64,000 bases of DNA from assembly GCF_006345805.1 (NCBI RefSeq), contig NC_043019.1, forward strand, positions 19,901,360 through 19,965,359, written 5' to 3'. Position numbers and translations under genes: made by a program. Numbering within the stretch: position 1 is the first letter of the stretch; each line of letters begins with the position of its first letter. This document shows, in pieces, positions 60,886 to 64,000 of the stretch. Origin of the DNA: Octopus sinensis (taxonomy: Eukaryota). Under the pieces are notes generated by a model. It saw only the letters and a program-made list of their open reading frames with translations. It was not told where the DNA came from and did no database searches.

Positions 60886-62207
60886 TCAAAGTGGCATAGC
60901 TAGATGGGGACAAGTATTTTCTGTATATCTGTGGATTGAAATTATGATAAGTGGCATGAGTTGAGGGGATACAAGACATTTATCTCTGCTTGTTGCTGCA
61001 GAGCACCTTGATCGGCGTCCATGGGCAGTTTTAGGTCTAGTGGTTGATTTCTTCATTACCAGTGGCAGTGGAGTTGGAGGTGATGATGACTGTGATTCTG
61101 GCTTCCCATAGAAACTTTGTTCTTTTCCCTGATTTCTACCATTGTCCTCATCTGGTTGCTGGAATATTAAACTGGATTTCTTGTGTTCTGACACTAACCT
61201 CTTCATTTGCTTCTCAGTCTTGCTAGCTATTTCAAGTTCCTCTTTATTTTGATCAACACCACAGTCAGCAAATCTTGTTGAACTCTCAGGATTATCAAGA
61301 GGAACATCTGTTCCAGTCTCTGCTTGACTTGATGTGAAGTTGGAAACTGGGTTTTTTGTTTGCCAATTCTGAAGGTTTGTCATCCTCTAGAAATTCACTT
61401 CAAGATTCTCCTCATGCAACAAACTTTTGCCTGCTTTAACAAAACCTGAACCCTTCTGAGGAGCAGACAACGTCTGCTCTTGAACACCAGCATCGTCATC
61501 ACCTTCACCCTCATGCTGTTCCTTACTCATAAACGGAAACCCATATGTGGGTTTTGGGCTTTGTTTTGGCTCCTGTGACACGTCAATGGAGCTCTTTGCA
61601 GTAGAACTTGCAGACAGGAATTTCTTTCCTTTTGCCTTGTGATGCATCCACTCTTCAAATGCTGCACTCGAGCAGAGCTGACGATCTGCTTTGAAGGCTG
61701 CATCGAGTTTTCTGTTCTCAGTTTCCAGCTTCTTTCTCACCTTCATCTCTCGTTCCTGTTGCCAGAGGTCTTTGTCTTTCTTCTGCAACCATTTCAGGAT
61801 ATGCGGGTTACTGTCGTTTGGTCGGAAACTGTTGTCAACACTATGACAGGTTTGGTTTGCAGCATTTTCCTCCGATGCTATCTGTAGGGGTAACTTCTTC
61901 TGACGGACAAAATTGCCTCTGCCAGATGATGAGGTGGAGGAAGAGCCTGATAGCTTTTTCTTACTCATTGCTGATGATGTTGGCTTTGTTGCTGCTGCTG
62001 TTGGTGGTGGTGCTGTTGGAATGTTCTCGTGTTGGTCAAAGATGCCTCTGGAAGATGGTGAGGTAAAAGAAGGATTCACAGATGACTTTTTGGGGCCAAC
62101 TGTAGTTTTGGCTCGAAACTATTTCCTGTTGTTTTGGACTCTGCGAGTACGGTTCAGCAACCTTTGGTTCCTCCTTTCATGTCTAATTTCATTCTCTCCA
62201 AGACTCA
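60886..62207 (-). other. Large exon-like, mostly open reading frame of an unknown disordered/coiled-coil protein; interrupted by two in-frame TAG (possible pseudogene, error or recoding)
   Basis: Good acceptor TTATTATATCTCTTATTTTCCAG|62207. One frame runs 62205 to 60886 with TAG only at 62119-62121 and 61387-61389. The helix WLQKKDKDLWQQEREMK...SSAAFEEWMHHK recalls the AFxxWLxKK helices of CCDC181/CCDC34/MAP9-like proteins (not a confident assignment). The region is GC-richer than its flanks. Confidence 0.5.
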
Positions 62208-62519
62208 CTGGAAAATAAGAGATATAATAAAGTTATGTGTGTGTAAGCACAGGTATGTGTGTGTCTGTGTGTGTTTGTGCATGTGTGTGTGTGTGCTTGT
62301 ATAAGTATGTGTGTATATGTGTAAGAATGGGTGCATACATGTGTATGTATATATATAAGCATGGCTGTTTGGTAAGAAGTTTGTTTTCCGGCTTTACAGT
62401 TTGTTTGTGGGCTAAATATACAGACAGTACAGTACTTATCTAAAAGGATAGGTTCTACCAATTATAGATTTGATAGGGTTGCCTGGCTTTTCACCAACCT
62501 TAATCCTTAGCTTAAGTTT

Positions 62520-63290
62520 GTCTATTGCAAATGTGTACTTGAAAAACAACAAAGAATTTTGTGATCTGTTGGGTAATTATAAGTTAACTGATAAGCTTAT
62601 ATTTATCCGAGAGATCACTAAAGTCTCAAAAGGTTTAAGGATAGCAATTGTGTTCACTTTAATGCTTATTTGCAATATTTCGACACATTTTGTTTTCTGA
62701 AAACTACTGTTATTTGTGTGATCTCTTAACTTAACTGAATGATAATAAGATTATATTTAACCAAGAGATCACTAAAGTCTCAAAGTTTTCAGGATACAAA
62801 ATGTGTCAAAATATTGCAAAAAAGTGTTAAAAAACAACAAATTTTAATTAGCAATTGTGTTCACTTTTTTATGTTTATTTGCAATATATTGACACATTTT
62901 ATTTTCTGAACACTTTATTGACTTGATTGATATCTTGGGTAAATTTATGTTAATTGATTGTTAGCTTATATTTATCCAAGAGGTCACAAAAATCTCAAAA
63001 GTTTTCCGGTTAGAAAATGTCAAAATATTAAAAATGTGTACTTGAAAAACAACAAAAAATTTAGTGATCTGTTAGGTAAATATAAGTAAACTGATTGATA
63101 ATAAGATTATATTTATCCAAGAGATCACTAAAGTCTCAAAAGTTTTAAGGATAGAAAGTGTGTCAAAATATTGCAAATACGTACTGAAAAACAAATTTGA
63201 ATTAGCAATTGTGTTCACTTTTATATGCTTATTTGCAATATTTCAACACACTTTTTATCCTTAAACCTATCAATCAGTTAACTTATATAT
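62520..63290. repeat. Degenerate, partly inverted (foldback) copies of the 141-bp satellite unit
   Basis: Contains TTAGTGATCTGTTAGGTAAATATAAG, TTATATTTATCCAAGAGATCACTAAAGTCTCAAAAG, etc. It also has inverted arms such as 63144-63179 / 63230-63265 (33/36). Confidence 0.88.
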
Positions 63291-64000
63291 AGATAATTAC
63301 TATTCTTCTATAAATGAAATTGTGTTTAATTAGGCCCTTTTTTTGCAATGATTACAATGGGAATGACATTTGAAGAAGTTAATGTAATTAAAATGGCAAG
63401 GACATCATAAAAGTCGTTATAAATTTATTCAAATAGATATTGATAATTACTATTCCTCTATTAATGAAATTGTGTTTAATAAGGCACTTATTTTTGCAAT
63501 GAATAAAATGTGAATGACATTTGAAGAAGTTAATGTACTTAAAATGGCTAGGACATCATAAAAGTCGTTATAAATTTATTCAAATAGATATTGATAATTA
63601 CTATTCCTCTATTAATGAAATTGTGATTAATAAGACCCTTATTTTTGCAATGAATAAAGTGGGAATGACATTTGAAGAAGTTAATGTAATTAAAATGGCT
63701 AGGACATCATAAAAATCGTTTTAAATTTATTCAAATAGATATTGATAATTACTATTCTTCTATTAATGAAATTGTGTTTAATAAGGCCCTTATTTTTGAA
63801 ATGAATGAAGTGGGAATGACATTTGAAGAAGTTAATGTAATTAAAATGGCTAGGACATCATAAAAAATCGTTATAAATTTATTCAAATAGATATTGATAT
63901 TTACTATTCTTCTATTAATGAAATTGTGTTTAATAAGGCCCATATTTTTACAATGAATGAAGTGGGAATGACATTTGAAGAAGTTAATGTAATTAAAATG
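63291..64000 (+). repeat. Second tandem satellite, ~151-bp monomer (at least 4.6 copies, runs off the window end)
   Basis: TTACTATTC recurs at 63297, 63447, 63598, 63749 and 63901 (spacings 150, 151, 151, 152). Confidence 0.95.

Overview
Eukaryotic, AT-rich, repeat-dense animal genomic DNA. It is most likely an octopus or other coleoid cephalopod, inferred from the SINE families and microsatellite style rather than proven. The left third holds the last six coding exons of a CCDC25 (NFACT-R/Jlp2-like) gene on the + strand (6517-18488). Its first exons lie upstream of the window. The introns and flanks carry a decayed Helitron, Tc1/mariner fragments, a hAT MITE and tRNA-derived SINEs. The stretch 24-29 kb holds an RTE LINE and a young-looking CR1 LINE. 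A ~22 kb tandem satellite with a 141-bp monomer (31784-53979, interrupted by a 100-N gap) shows higher-order repeat structure and internal dyad symmetry. To its right lie a foldback MITE with a perfect 108-bp palindrome, an R4/Dong-type LINE embedded in (TAA)n, and a ~1.3 kb exon-like frame on the - strand broken only by two in-frame TAG codons. The window ends with degenerate foldback copies of the 141-bp unit and a second, ~151-bp satellite whose unit translates like a Penelope-type reverse-transcriptase fragment. No rRNA, true tRNA or CRISPR array was seen. Family assignments rest on motif recognition by eye, and no database searches were run.
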